Below are positions 20,343-30,291 of a stretch of 64,000 nucleotides of DNA, piece after piece. A program made the translations under genes and the position numbers. The DNA comes from Patescibacteria group bacterium UBA6017 (lineage in GTDB: Bacteria > Patescibacteriota > Saccharimonadia > UBA4664). The notes under the pieces were generated by a model. The model did not search any database. It worked only from the letters and a program-made list of their open reading frames with translations, and was not told where the DNA came from. The stretch is taken from contig DIZX01000015.1 in the NCBI GenBank assembly GCA_002429485.1, positions 325,488 through 389,487 of the forward strand, given 5' to 3'. Position 1 is the stretch's first letter, and each line of letters opens with the position of its first letter.

Positions 20343-20762
20343 CTAGCGGTAACGGATATCGGTCATGCCGACAACGTACTTGAAGTCTACTCCGGTATTA
20401 TTCGGGCCGGTGAATGTCACCATCACGCCGCCGGTGATGTTCTTCCCGACAGCAGTCCAGCCGGGGTCGGTGCAAATACCGCGCAGGGTGATCGAAGCGA
20501 GGGGGCCGTTTGTCGTGATCAACATTCGGACATGTCCGGCAGTAGGTAGTGGGTAGGTCTGCTCCTGCCCCCCAATAACGTCAGCGAAAATCCAGTCGGT
20601 GGCGCAGGGACCAATGTCGTTGACGTAGCTAGTAGCATTACTGCCGCCCGATGCCGACACCGTGCCGACGTTCAACGCCAACGGAGCCGCCAGCATGACC
20701 GATGCCAAGAGGGTTAATTTAATTCTAGATACGATATTGGTATGCAAGGTGCACGCCTCCAT
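20343..20762 (-). CDS. hypothetical secreted protein (139 aa)
   Basis: Clear signal peptide (LTLLASVMLAAPLALNVGTVSA), then Gly/Thr-rich beta-type composition. Confidence 0.5.
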   Translation of the reverse strand: MEACTLHTNIVSRIKLTLLASVMLAAPLALNVGTVSASGGSNATSYVNDIGPCATDWIFADVIGGQEQTYPLPTAGHVRMLITTNGPLASITLRGICTDPGWTAVGKNITGGVMVTFTGPNNTGVDFKYVVGMTDIRYR

Positions 20763-20832
20763 TAGTGTTTTATATCTGTACAGTGTGTAACGGACGAGGG
20801 AGGGGATTCGTTACAAAAGCGCAATTATTTAA

Positions 20833-20864
20833 CACAAAAACGGCCCCAAATAGGGCCGTTTTTG
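20833..20864. terminator. bidirectional intrinsic terminator
   Basis: aaaaacggcccc-aaatag-gggccgtttttg. Confidence 0.75.
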
Positions 20865-20988
20865 TGTCTTTATAAATGGGGGCTCTGCCTCAGCCAACCA
20901 GCCGGTGGTTGTTTAGCTAGGGTAGGGGTGGGGGTGGTAGCCGAAACTACCACCCCCGGGAACTGCTTGTGATGCCCGCGGGCGTCGG

Positions 20989-21954
20989 TCAGGCCGCGAT
21001 GAGGGCCATGAGTGATGTCAGCTTGATGGCTCCGTAGGCCTCGAGGACCTGTGGGCGGGGCCCGATGAGCCGAACCGTTGTGCCCGACGGCACGTACGAG
21101 AGCAGGCCGCCCTGACTCATCATCCACAACGACATGTTGTCGATCGCCGAGATGGAGTTGGCCTGCACCGACAGCGTGCTGAAGCGGTCCTGGTCGGCGA
21201 CGTAGCCGATCGTGCGGCCGATGAGCTGTGCCATCAGTCGACCGACCTCGACGGCGAACGGATCGCCGCTCTTGGCCAGAGTGCACAGGCGGGATACGAG
21301 CACCCTCCTGAGATGGCGGTCAGACGGGTGGTTGACCGCCGCCTCCATCATCATCGAAGTGCGCACATCCGGCGTGAGTCCGACTTCAGCGTTCGTCGCC
21401 TCGATGAACTGAGCAGCGTTGAGCCAGCCGAGGTTGCCGAGCAGCTCGATGGAGCTGTTGTTGGCCGGCGAGCCCACGAAGTTGGCGAACTCGGACGTCC
21501 GCGGGCTGAATCCAGCGATGACGTCCGCTTCCACGAACCGGTGTGTTCTGAGATCCCCGTCAACGGCCCAGCTAGTCCACTTGGGACCAATCTTGAGCAA
21601 CGCCTGAGGGAGCCCGCCGTCGTTGACGCCGCGCTGGATCAGAACCTGGGACTTGTCGCCCACGAGCTGGTATCCGGCGAGCGTTGCAGCCGTCGGGGAT
21701 ACAGCCTGAAGGTTCATGCCCTTGGGCACGGTGACCCGGTCGATGGTGTAGCCGTTGTGGTGCGAGATGCCGATGACTCGAGTTGAGAATCCAACCCATG
21801 GAAGGATCTCGTTCTCGATCGTGCCGATGACGGAGTTGTCCGGCAGGATGACGCCTGAGCGCTCCCGAGGTGCGCCGCGCGGGGGGATGACCACCGCGTG
21901 GTACTTCTCGTCACACACAGCAACGCCGACGCCGTGAAACTTGTTCTCAAGCAT
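20989..21954 (-). CDS. hypothetical protein (321 aa), higher GC than its surroundings; monocistronic with its own AT-rich promoter and terminators
   Basis: Long ORF of about 65% GC against about 58% locally. A perfect 11-bp hairpin (20930-20957) follows the stop. No recognisable motif. Confidence 0.5.
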   Translation of the reverse strand: MLENKFHGVGVAVCDEKYHAVVIPPRGAPRERSGVILPDNSVIGTIENEILPWVGFSTRVIGISHHNGYTIDRVTVPKGMNLQAVSPTAATLAGYQLVGDKSQVLIQRGVNDGGLPQALLKIGPKWTSWAVDGDLRTHRFVEADVIAGFSPRTSEFANFVGSPANNSSIELLGNLGWLNAAQFIEATNAEVGLTPDVRTSMMMEAAVNHPSDRHLRRVLVSRLCTLAKSGDPFAVEVGRLMAQLIGRTIGYVADQDRFSTLSVQANSISAIDNMSLWMMSQGGLLSYVPSGTTVRLIGPRPQVLEAYGAIKLTSLMALIAA

Positions 21955-22191
21955 GTGTCCTCCTAGGACTGGTTTTCGAACTGGTGGGTGCGGCGGATTG
22001 CCGCGTTCACAAGCAGATTGTCAAACTTCAGAATTATGGACTTCAGTTCATGAAGTTTGAATTAAGATTTCTAAATTATACTCATGTTTACTGGGTTGTC
22101 AATACTAATTATATGTGGTCTAGTAGTAATTTGGTGCTCCCTCAGTCTTCTTGCGACATCCTGACTAAGAATATCCGCTACAATATACGGC

Positions 22192-23109
22192 ATGGAAGAG
22201 CTCGATATTAATTGGCCGGCACCGGGAAAATACATCATCGCCGTCTCCGGCGGCGCCGATTCTATGGTGCTGCTCGATATATTTGCCTGTGCCAGCGCTC
22301 GCCGGTACGAGCTCATCGCCGCGCACGTGGACCACGGCCTGCGCCCCGAGTCTGCGTCCGATTCGGAATTTGTAGCTGCGGCCGCCGAACATTACGGCCT
22401 GCCGTTCGAACAGCTTTCGGCCGGACTCGGGCAGGCTAGCGAGGCCTCGGCACGAGCGGTGCGCCATGATTGGCTCGAGCAAACCCGCCAAAAATTCGGT
22501 GCCATCGCCGTACTCACCGCTCATCATCAGGACGACCTGCTCGAAACAAGCCTGCTAAACCTGGCCCGCGGCAGCGGACGGCTCGGTTTGGCCCCGATGG
22601 CCAGCAGCCCCACCATCCTCCGGCCCCTCATTAACCTCACCCGCGATGACCTCCGCCGCTACGCTTCCGAACACCAAATTGCGTGGCGCGAGGACCTCAC
22701 CAACGCCGATATCAGCAATCCCCGTAACTTTTTGCGCCACCAGCTCCTGCCCCGCGCCGACGCCAACTGGAGGGCTTCCTATCTGGAAAATGTCTCTCAG
22801 TTAGCAAAATTGAACAAAAAAGTTGATCAAAGCATAAGCACAATTCTGGAATCTGCTTACGTCCCGCCAAACACCTATTCATTTCCCGTTAATTACGTCC
22901 GCAACATGAATGACGGAGAGTTCGAGGAGATCATTCTCGCCGCGTCGAGACGCCTGCGTCCGGGAGTCCAGCTAGACAGGCGTCTCATTGTTGAGGCGGC
23001 CAATTTTGCGAAAACCGGCCTTCCCCGCAAATTTCGGCCACTCCGCCAAGACATCGTGATTAATATCGAATCAGACAGTATTTACCTCACTACAAATACC
23101 CCTCGGTAG
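22192..23109 (+). CDS. tilS: tRNA(Ile)-lysidine synthetase
   Basis: PP-loop SGGADS (IIAVSGGADSMVLLD); sits immediately upstream of ftsH as in many bacteria. Confidence 0.85.
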   Translation: MEELDINWPAPGKYIIAVSGGADSMVLLDIFACASARRYELIAAHVDHGLRPESASDSEFVAAAAEHYGLPFEQLSAGLGQASEASARAVRHDWLEQTRQKFGAIAVLTAHHQDDLLETSLLNLARGSGRLGLAPMASSPTILRPLINLTRDDLRRYASEHQIAWREDLTNADISNPRNFLRHQLLPRADANWRASYLENVSQLAKLNKKVDQSISTILESAYVPPNTYSFPVNYVRNMNDGEFEEIILAASRRLRPGVQLDRRLIVEAANFAKTGLPRKFRPLRQDIVINIESDSIYLTTNTPR

Positions 23110-23197
23110 CGTATAATAAATAGGTATTTCGGCACGCTTTCGTGAATCTCGGGCGCCGAAATGTTATATTCATACAGCTAATGAAAGTGGGTCATAT

Positions 23198-25093
23198 ATG
23201 AAATCGAAGAAAAGCACCCGTAGTTTCTTCTTCCTAGTCGGTGCTATTTTGGTGGCCGCAGTTCTGGTAGTGATATCGTTGCCAACCGTTCGTACCGAAA
23301 CCGTGCCTTTATCTCAGTTTATTAACGAGGCTAAGACCGGTCAGGTTGATAGTATTGACGTTGACGGCAACAAGCTCACGGCCACGCTCAAAGACCCAAC
23401 TGCGCCGAAGCACGTCACGAATAAAGAGAGTTCCGCCACGCTTAAGGACTACGGTATCGATGACTCCAAGCTCACCGTACGCGTGAAGGGCACCGATACC
23501 GGCACCTCCAGCATCTGGTTCCAGCTACTCATTACGGTCGGCCCAATCGCGCTGATTATTGCCTTCTTCTACTTCATGATGCGCCAGGCTCAGGGCCAGG
23601 GTAATCAGGCGATGAACTTCGGCAAGAGCCGAGCCAAGCTTTATGGCACGGACAAAAAGAAGGTGACCTTCAAAGAAGTTGCCGGCGCCGACGAAGCCAA
23701 GCAGGAACTCACTGAAGTCGTCGAATTCCTCAAGTACCCCGCTAAATTCGAAGCCTTGGGCGCCAAAATCCCCAAGGGTGTCTTGCTCTTCGGTCCTCCC
23801 GGAACCGGCAAAACCCTTCTCGCCCGCGCCGTAGCCGGGGAGGCAGGCGTGCCTTTCTTCTCGATTGCCGGTTCGGATTTCGTGGAAATGTTCGTTGGCG
23901 TGGGTGCAAGCCGCGTCCGTGACCTGTTTATGAAGGCCAAGAAAAACGCTCCCTGCATCATCTTCATCGATGAAATCGACGCCGTCGGCCGCCAGCGCGG
24001 CACCGGCATGGGTGGGGGACACGACGAGCGCGAGCAGACCCTCAACCAGATCCTCGTCGAAATGGATGGCTTCGAACAGGGTGCCAATGTTATCGTTATC
24101 GCTGCTACCAACCGCCCCGACGTACTCGACCCAGCCTTGCTGCGTCCCGGCCGCTTCGACCGCCGCGTCACCCTCGATGCACCGGACCTCAAGAGCCGCA
24201 TCGCTATCCTGGAAGTCCACTCCGCCGGCAAGCCCCTCGAGAAGACCGTGGAGCTCGAAGAGATCGGCAAGAAGACCCCCGGTTTCTCCGGTGCCGACCT
24301 CGAAAACCTCATGAATGAAGCCGCTATTTTGGCCGCTCGTCTCGACCAGAAAAAGATCACTCAAAAAGATCTCAACTCCAGCGTCGAAAAAGTCCTCATG
24401 GGACCTGAGCGCAAGACTCACGTGATGAACGTGAAGGAAAAAGAGATCACCGCCTACCACGAGGCCGGACACGCCATCGTGGCCCACATGCTTGCCTTTG
24501 CTCACCCCGTGAACAAAGTCTCGATCATCTCCCGTGGCCGTGCCGGCGGATTCACTTGGCAGCTGCCCGATGAAGATCGCCACCTCAATTCAGTTTCCGA
24601 TTTTAAAGATGATATGGCCGTCATGCTCGGCGGTCGCTTGTCCGAAGAGATCGTCTTCGGCGATATCACCAACGGCGCCTCCAATGATCTCCAGAAGGCT
24701 ACTCAATTGGCCCGCCACATGATCATGGACAATGGGATGAGCAAGAAGCTACCCAACCGCGTCTTTGGCTCGCAAAGTGACAACGTGTTTCTCGGCCGCG
24801 ACTTCGGCTCCAGCAAAGATTACTCCGAAGAGGTCGCCAAAATTATCGACGAGGAAGTCGCCAATCTCATCGATGAAGCTGCCAAGCGCGCCGGTGAAGT
24901 CATTCGCACTCACCGCGATAAGGTCAACAAGATTGCTGCTAAGTTGATGAAGGACGAAGTCATCGACAAGGACGAGTTTATCGCCCTCATCGGGGCGCGA
25001 CCACACCACCCCAAGCCCGATGATCCCCGCGAGCCAGGTGCTGAGCCGCAAGACGTCGCTCCCGATAGCTCTGCTTCACCCGCGGCCGTCTAG
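23198..25093 (+). CDS. ftsH: ATP-dependent zinc metalloprotease FtsH
   Basis: Two TM helices; AAA Walker A GPPGTGKT; SRH; zinc site HEAGHAIV. Confidence 0.95.
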   Translation: MKSKKSTRSFFFLVGAILVAAVLVVISLPTVRTETVPLSQFINEAKTGQVDSIDVDGNKLTATLKDPTAPKHVTNKESSATLKDYGIDDSKLTVRVKGTDTGTSSIWFQLLITVGPIALIIAFFYFMMRQAQGQGNQAMNFGKSRAKLYGTDKKKVTFKEVAGADEAKQELTEVVEFLKYPAKFEALGAKIPKGVLLFGPPGTGKTLLARAVAGEAGVPFFSIAGSDFVEMFVGVGASRVRDLFMKAKKNAPCIIFIDEIDAVGRQRGTGMGGGHDEREQTLNQILVEMDGFEQGANVIVIAATNRPDVLDPALLRPGRFDRRVTLDAPDLKSRIAILEVHSAGKPLEKTVELEEIGKKTPGFSGADLENLMNEAAILAARLDQKKITQKDLNSSVEKVLMGPERKTHVMNVKEKEITAYHEAGHAIVAHMLAFAHPVNKVSIISRGRAGGFTWQLPDEDRHLNSVSDFKDDMAVMLGGRLSEEIVFGDITNGASNDLQKATQLARHMIMDNGMSKKLPNRVFGSQSDNVFLGRDFGSSKDYSEEVAKIIDEEVANLIDEAAKRAGEVIRTHRDKVNKIAAKLMKDEVIDKDEFIALIGARPHHPKPDDPREPGAEPQDVAPDSSASPAAV

Positions 25094-25218
25094 CTTTACA
25101 ACACAACCTAGAGTCAAGCCGACGAATTACCATTCGTGTTCCAAATATCAAAAGCAAAAGTATGCTCCTCCAGCCGGGGCGGGTATAATAACCAAAGCAT
25201 GAAATCAACCGCAAACAA

Positions 25219-26808
25219 ATGGTAGATCAAGCCAGACGTCTCCTTACCAGAGCCAATGCCGATCATACCGTAGCCGGCGCTACGCTCATCATCTCCGGCG
25301 CCTACCTGCTTAGCCGCCTGCTTGGCCTGCTTCGTGACCGTTTGCTGGTGTCACATTTCGGCGTCGGGCCCGACCTTAGCGCCTATTACGCTGCCTTCCG
25401 GATCCCCGAGATGCTCTTTACGCTGCTGGTCTCCGGCGCCTTCGCGGTGGCGTTTATTCCGGTTCTCTCGCAGTATCTGCAAAAAGATCAGCAGGATGAA
25501 GCCTGGAAGGTCACCTCGAGTCTGCTCAACCTGCTCGTCCTGGCTACCGCGATCGGCGGTGTAATTATAATCATATTCGCCGATCCGCTTACTCGCCTCA
25601 TCAGCCCTGGCTTTAATCAATCCACCCACGATCTCACGGTGCAGCTCACCCGCATCATGGCCGTCACGCCGATACTTTTTGCTATCTCGAGTGTTCTCGG
25701 CAGCGTCCAGCAATCTTTTAATCGGTTCGTGATTTTTGCCCTCGCGAGCGTGCTCTATAATCTCGGGATTATCATCGGCATCGTTATGCTGGTCGGCCAT
25801 ATGGGCATCTACGGCGCAGCTTGGGGCGTAGTACTAGGTGTCGTTTTGCAGGCTTTATTGCAGTGGTTGGGGCTGTACGGCCTCGGTTTTAAATATCGTC
25901 CGATTATTACGTTCAAGCTCAAAGGCGTTATAACTACCCTCAAATTAATGTTGCCCCGGAGTATCGACCAGGGCATTGATCAAATAAATTATTCAGTCGA
26001 AACCATTATCGGATCGACTATCAGCCCGAACGCCATCGCCCAGTTCGCTATCGCCAACAACCTCAAGAACGTACCGCTCATGCTCATCGGCGGCTCCATT
26101 ACCACTGCTATATTTCCGCGCTTGGCTGCCCGCGCCTCCGCCGGCCAGCGAGATCAGCTCATCGAGGCCTACGCTCAGACTGCCCGAATTATCCTCTTTC
26201 TGGCCATCCCCTCGGCTTTGTTCGCGCTTGTCGCCCGCGGCTACATCGTTCGTCTGGTCTACGGTTTCGGCGACGTTGCCACCGCGAATACCCTTGGCTG
26301 GTTTGCCGGCACCATCGTTTTTACGAGCCTGTTTATGCTCGTTAGCCGGGTTTATTATGCCATGCAAGACACCCGAACGCCCCTGTATCTCAGCCTCGCC
26401 AGCATTCCGCTCAACATTCTCCTCAGCTTCATGTTTTCGCGCCAATACGGTGTAGTCGGACTCGCCATGAGCGCCTCCTTGGTATCATCCCTTGAGACTC
26501 TTGGCTTACTGGTGATTCTGCGGCTGCGCTTCGGGAGTTTCGGTGAGGCCCAGATCTGGCGGGGCGCCTGGCGCATGCTGATCTCCGGCGCCATTATGGT
26601 TGGAGCCATCTACCCGTTAATTTCTCAAGTTATACCGCTCTTCGCGAACGACCGTGGCTTTTTAACCTTAATGCCGAAGTTTCTCGCTATCTTGGGCGTG
26701 GCCGGTGTTGCCTACCTCGTACCTTGCTACCTTTTGCGCCTCAATGAGGCCAAGCACCTCGCCCGCCGTGGCCGTGAGCTCCTGTTGCGCCAGCTCAACC
26801 TGACTTAG
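25219..26808 (+). CDS. murJ: lipid II flippase MurJ (MviN)
   Basis: 14-TM protein. The N-terminal block LLSRLLGLLRDRLLVSHFG...AFRIPEMLFTLLVSGAF is typical of MurJ. Confidence 0.85.
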   Translation: MVDQARRLLTRANADHTVAGATLIISGAYLLSRLLGLLRDRLLVSHFGVGPDLSAYYAAFRIPEMLFTLLVSGAFAVAFIPVLSQYLQKDQQDEAWKVTSSLLNLLVLATAIGGVIIIIFADPLTRLISPGFNQSTHDLTVQLTRIMAVTPILFAISSVLGSVQQSFNRFVIFALASVLYNLGIIIGIVMLVGHMGIYGAAWGVVLGVVLQALLQWLGLYGLGFKYRPIITFKLKGVITTLKLMLPRSIDQGIDQINYSVETIIGSTISPNAIAQFAIANNLKNVPLMLIGGSITTAIFPRLAARASAGQRDQLIEAYAQTARIILFLAIPSALFALVARGYIVRLVYGFGDVATANTLGWFAGTIVFTSLFMLVSRVYYAMQDTRTPLYLSLASIPLNILLSFMFSRQYGVVGLAMSASLVSSLETLGLLVILRLRFGSFGEAQIWRGAWRMLISGAIMVGAIYPLISQVIPLFANDRGFLTLMPKFLAILGVAGVAYLVPCYLLRLNEAKHLARRGRELLLRQLNLT

Positions 26809-26813
26809 GGCGT

Positions 26814-26843
26814 ATTTACAATTAACTCGCTGTAATTGTAAAT
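26814..26843. promoter_or_regulatory. perfect 11-bp inverted repeat (atttacaatta-N8-taattgtaaat) between murJ and ddl
   Basis: Perfect AT-rich palindrome with no downstream U-run, so more operator-like than terminator-like. A possible -10 (tatgct) follows. Confidence 0.4.
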
Positions 26844-26871
26844 TACCGCTCAATCATGTTATGCTCGGCGC

Positions 26872-28026
26872 ATGAAAACAGTAGCAGTTATTTTTGGCGG
26901 CCGATCCGCCGAGCACGACGTATCCATCATTTCCGCCCTCACCAGCGTTATAAAACCGCTCGAACTGACCGGGCAGTACCGCGTCGAGGCCATTTACATT
27001 GCCAAAGACGGCTCGTGGTACTGGGATGACAGGCTAAAGGATATCGCTCTGTATCAATCGGGCATTGAAGACTTCTGCCAAAAAGCCCCGAAGGTTCATC
27101 TGCTATTCGAGGATGGTCTCACTCTGGTCAAATCGAGTCAGTTTGCGGGACGAAAGATGTATCGTCATATCGATGTCGCCTTCCCCGTGATGCACGGGAC
27201 CTACGGCGAGGACGGGTCGCTGATGGGGCTGCTCGAGATGGCTGGGGTCCCGTACGTCGGTTGCGGGGTTTCGGCCGCGGCTGTTGCCATGGACAAGGTC
27301 CTATGCAAACAGGTTACAGGGGCACAGAATATTCCCACCGCGCCATGGGTGTGGTTCTTGGCTTCGGAGTTGGAACGCAATTCCAAGCCTATATTGGCTG
27401 AGATTGCCGCCCTGAAGTATCCACTGTTTGTGAAGCCGGCTCGGCTAGGATCCAGTATTGGCATCACCCGGGTCACCGATTCGGCTCAGCTTATGAATGC
27501 CCTCGAGGTTGCTGCCCATTTCGACGACAAAATAATCGTGGAGCAGGCTGTGGCCAATCTGTTCGAGGTCACCGTGCCGATCATGGGCAATGATCAGCCC
27601 GTGGCCGCCCTTGTGGAGCAGCCCCTCACCAAACCCGATGATTTCTTTGACTTTGACGCTAAATACCTCCAGGGCGGCAAAAAAGGCAGTAGTGCCAAGA
27701 CCGGCTCCCAGGGCTACAGCAACATTCCGGCCGACCTGCCGAAGGCGCTTTATGAACAGGCCCAGTCGCTGGCCCTGCAGGTATATCGCGCGGTTGGCTG
27801 CAGCGGCACCGCCCGAGTCGATCTGTTGATTGATACGCAGACCGAGGTTGTCTATTTTAACGAGGTCAACCCGATGCCCGGCAGTCTCTATGCCCACAAT
27901 TGGCGCCAAAAAGGCATCAGCGGGCATCAGCTGGTCACCGAGCTCATCCGACTGGCGTTCGAACGGCATGCCGCCCGTCAGCGCCTTGAGACCACCTTTC
28001 AGACTAATTTTCTCAAGCAGTTCTAG
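26872..28026 (+). CDS. ddl: D-alanine--D-alanine ligase
   Basis: MKTVAVIFGGRSAEHDVS N-terminus; ATP-grasp motifs; conserved C-terminal NEVNPMPG. Confidence 0.9.
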   Translation: MKTVAVIFGGRSAEHDVSIISALTSVIKPLELTGQYRVEAIYIAKDGSWYWDDRLKDIALYQSGIEDFCQKAPKVHLLFEDGLTLVKSSQFAGRKMYRHIDVAFPVMHGTYGEDGSLMGLLEMAGVPYVGCGVSAAAVAMDKVLCKQVTGAQNIPTAPWVWFLASELERNSKPILAEIAALKYPLFVKPARLGSSIGITRVTDSAQLMNALEVAAHFDDKIIVEQAVANLFEVTVPIMGNDQPVAALVEQPLTKPDDFFDFDAKYLQGGKKGSSAKTGSQGYSNIPADLPKALYEQAQSLALQVYRAVGCSGTARVDLLIDTQTEVVYFNEVNPMPGSLYAHNWRQKGISGHQLVTELIRLAFERHAARQRLETTFQTNFLKQF

Positions 28027-28028
28027 TC

Positions 28029-28793
28029 ATGAATTTGGTTATCCAAGGCCTTTTAACCCAGTATCTGGACGAAGGCGACCGGCGTAGCCCCGTGGTGCTT
28101 ATACTCCATGGGTGGGGTACTGACGCCAAAAACTTTGATTCCCTGGCGGCCTATCTGGCTGGGGATTTTCGAGTCTTGCGCCTCGATCTGCCCGGTTTTG
28201 GGGGCACCGAGGCACCCGCCGGCGCCTGGCGTGTCCGTGATTATGCGGAATTTGTCGCCCGCTTCCTGGAAAAACTCAATATTATTGAACTCCGCGGTGT
28301 CATTGGGCACTCATTTGGCGGTCGGATAGTCATCAAGGGTCTGGCCGAGGGTATTCTAAGCGCCCGTCAGGCGGTATTGATTGATTCGGCCGGCATTACC
28401 CACCCCAAGACCATGCGTGTTCAGGTTTATGGGCTGGTGGCTCGGATTGGCAAACGGTTGCTGGCGCTTCCGGGTATTAGCAAGTTCGCTCCCGGCCTGC
28501 GTCGTCGACTCTACCGGTCAGCCGGCAGCACCGATTATCTGGAGTCCGGGAACTTGCGCCGCACCTTCCTGAACGTCATCAATGAAAATCTCGCCCCGGC
28601 CGCTGCTCGCATTACCGTCCCAACCTTTATCGTTTGGGGTGCCGATGATCTGGACACCCCACCGTCCGACGGCCGAATCCTCGCCAACCTGATCCCAAAT
28701 TCCAGCTACTCCCTAATCGCCGGCGCCGGGCATTTCGCCCATAACGATGCCCCCGACCGGGTTAACCCCTTAGTCAAAGAGTTCTTACGATGA
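28029..28793 (+). CDS. alpha/beta-fold hydrolase
   Basis: Nucleophile elbow GHSFGG; HGWG oxyanion region; C-terminal His. Confidence 0.7.
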   Translation: MNLVIQGLLTQYLDEGDRRSPVVLILHGWGTDAKNFDSLAAYLAGDFRVLRLDLPGFGGTEAPAGAWRVRDYAEFVARFLEKLNIIELRGVIGHSFGGRIVIKGLAEGILSARQAVLIDSAGITHPKTMRVQVYGLVARIGKRLLALPGISKFAPGLRRRLYRSAGSTDYLESGNLRRTFLNVINENLAPAAARITVPTFIVWGADDLDTPPSDGRILANLIPNSSYSLIAGAGHFAHNDAPDRVNPLVKEFLR

Positions 28794-30220
28794 AAAAGTT
28801 TCTTAGTAGTTTTGACCCCAAGTTTGCCGCCTCGCTCGTTTATATGCTCCAGGCCAGCGAATACGACGCTCGCGAATATCTGGGTTGGTTCTGGCGAGCC
28901 AAGGATTTTCGGACCGTCGCCAGCCGGGGCCAGCTTGATCGCACGCTCAAAGCCAGATTGCTCTTGGGCTTTACCTATTTCGCCATGTTATCTGAGGCGC
29001 TCGCACTGGCCTTCGCGCTCATTCAAGCTTTCGCCCAACCCGTCTGGCTCATCGCCGCCGCCATCCTGATCTGTCTTTCGCCGCTGATATCGGCGTACTC
29101 GCTGGTGGCGGTACTCTGGCTTGGCCGCATCACCGTTCAGTCTCGCCGTGAACGGGCAGCTATCGCTCGGGCTCGGGCAACCCTCGGTCACCACCCCGGG
29201 ACGCGAATTGCTATCGCCGGGAGCTATGGCAAAACTACCTTCAAGGAAATTCTTCGGACCATCCTTGCTGAAGCCAAAAATGTGGCCGCCACACCCGGCA
29301 ATATGAATACACCCCTCGGCATCAGCCGGTTCATTACCGATCTGAAGGGGGACGAAGATGTCTTAATTTTCGAGCTTGGTGAATACTATCCGGGGGATAT
29401 TGCTTCTCTGTGCGAACTCGTACGACCGCAAATGGGGATTATTACCGGCATCAACGAAGCCCATTTGAGCAAATTCAAAACCCTTGAGCGTACTGCCGCC
29501 GCCATCTTTGAACTCGCCGATTACCTCGGTGAGCTGCCCGTGTATAAGAACGGTGACAACCCCCTGGTTCGAGCCAAAATCGTCATCGACGACCCGTTGG
29601 CCTATACTGCCGGCGGCGTCAACGGCTGGGAGGTCAGGGATGTCGTCGTCGCCGTGAATTCCACCTCGTTTACGGTCCAAAAAGATGAAGTTACTTTGGC
29701 CGTTCAATCCCAGCTCCTTGGCCGTCAAAACATTGGTCCGCTGGTTGCGGCCATCGATATTGCCCACAATATGGGCTTAACAGCAAAACAGATTATTTCC
29801 GGTATCGCCAGCACCAAACCTTACGAACACCGGATGCAGCCTCGGCGGCTCGCTGGGGCGTGGGTGATCGACGATACGTATAACGGTAATAGTGACGGTG
29901 TCAGGGCCGGATTGACCTGGCTTGCTACGATCAAGGCTGAGAGGCGCATATATGTGACGCCCGGTCTGGTAGAGCAGGGGAGCCAAACCGCCGAAGTTCA
30001 CCGCGGGATCGGCGCACAGATAGCCCCAGTCGCAGATATGGTAGTGCTGATCAAAAACTCGGTCACCAAATATATTCAGGAGGGCCTGGCGGACAGGCAC
30101 TATGCCGGCGAGCTTATTATCGTGGATGATCCGATGAATTTTTATCTGAATCTCGAACACTTTGTGGCTGCCGGAGATGTGGTGCTGATGCAAAATGATT
30201 GGACCGATAACTACGCCTAA
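28790..30220 (+). CDS. murF: Mur ligase family protein (MurF-like) with an unusual N-terminal roughly 130-aa transmembrane region
   Basis: P-loop IAIAGSYGKTTFKE and Mur ligase middle/C domains. The N-terminus has 2-3 TM helices instead of the usual N-domain. Follows ddl. Confidence 0.65.
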   Translation: MKKFLSSFDPKFAASLVYMLQASEYDAREYLGWFWRAKDFRTVASRGQLDRTLKARLLLGFTYFAMLSEALALAFALIQAFAQPVWLIAAAILICLSPLISAYSLVAVLWLGRITVQSRRERAAIARARATLGHHPGTRIAIAGSYGKTTFKEILRTILAEAKNVAATPGNMNTPLGISRFITDLKGDEDVLIFELGEYYPGDIASLCELVRPQMGIITGINEAHLSKFKTLERTAAAIFELADYLGELPVYKNGDNPLVRAKIVIDDPLAYTAGGVNGWEVRDVVVAVNSTSFTVQKDEVTLAVQSQLLGRQNIGPLVAAIDIAHNMGLTAKQIISGIASTKPYEHRMQPRRLAGAWVIDDTYNGNSDGVRAGLTWLATIKAERRIYVTPGLVEQGSQTAEVHRGIGAQIAPVADMVVLIKNSVTKYIQEGLADRHYAGELIIVDDPMNFYLNLEHFVAAGDVVLMQNDWTDNYA

Positions 30221-30291
30221 TTACGCTTAAGCTTATTGACTTTAACGCCCGTTTTAGCCATTGTTAAGTTACTAAGTGGAAATTTCTCAGG

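Noticed and set aside
20989-21954. Assignment of the 321-aa high-GC protein as a phage major capsid or encapsulin (HK97 fold).
   Set aside because: Length and context prompted the idea, but I could find no family motif by eye. It is reported as a hypothetical possible HGT gene only.
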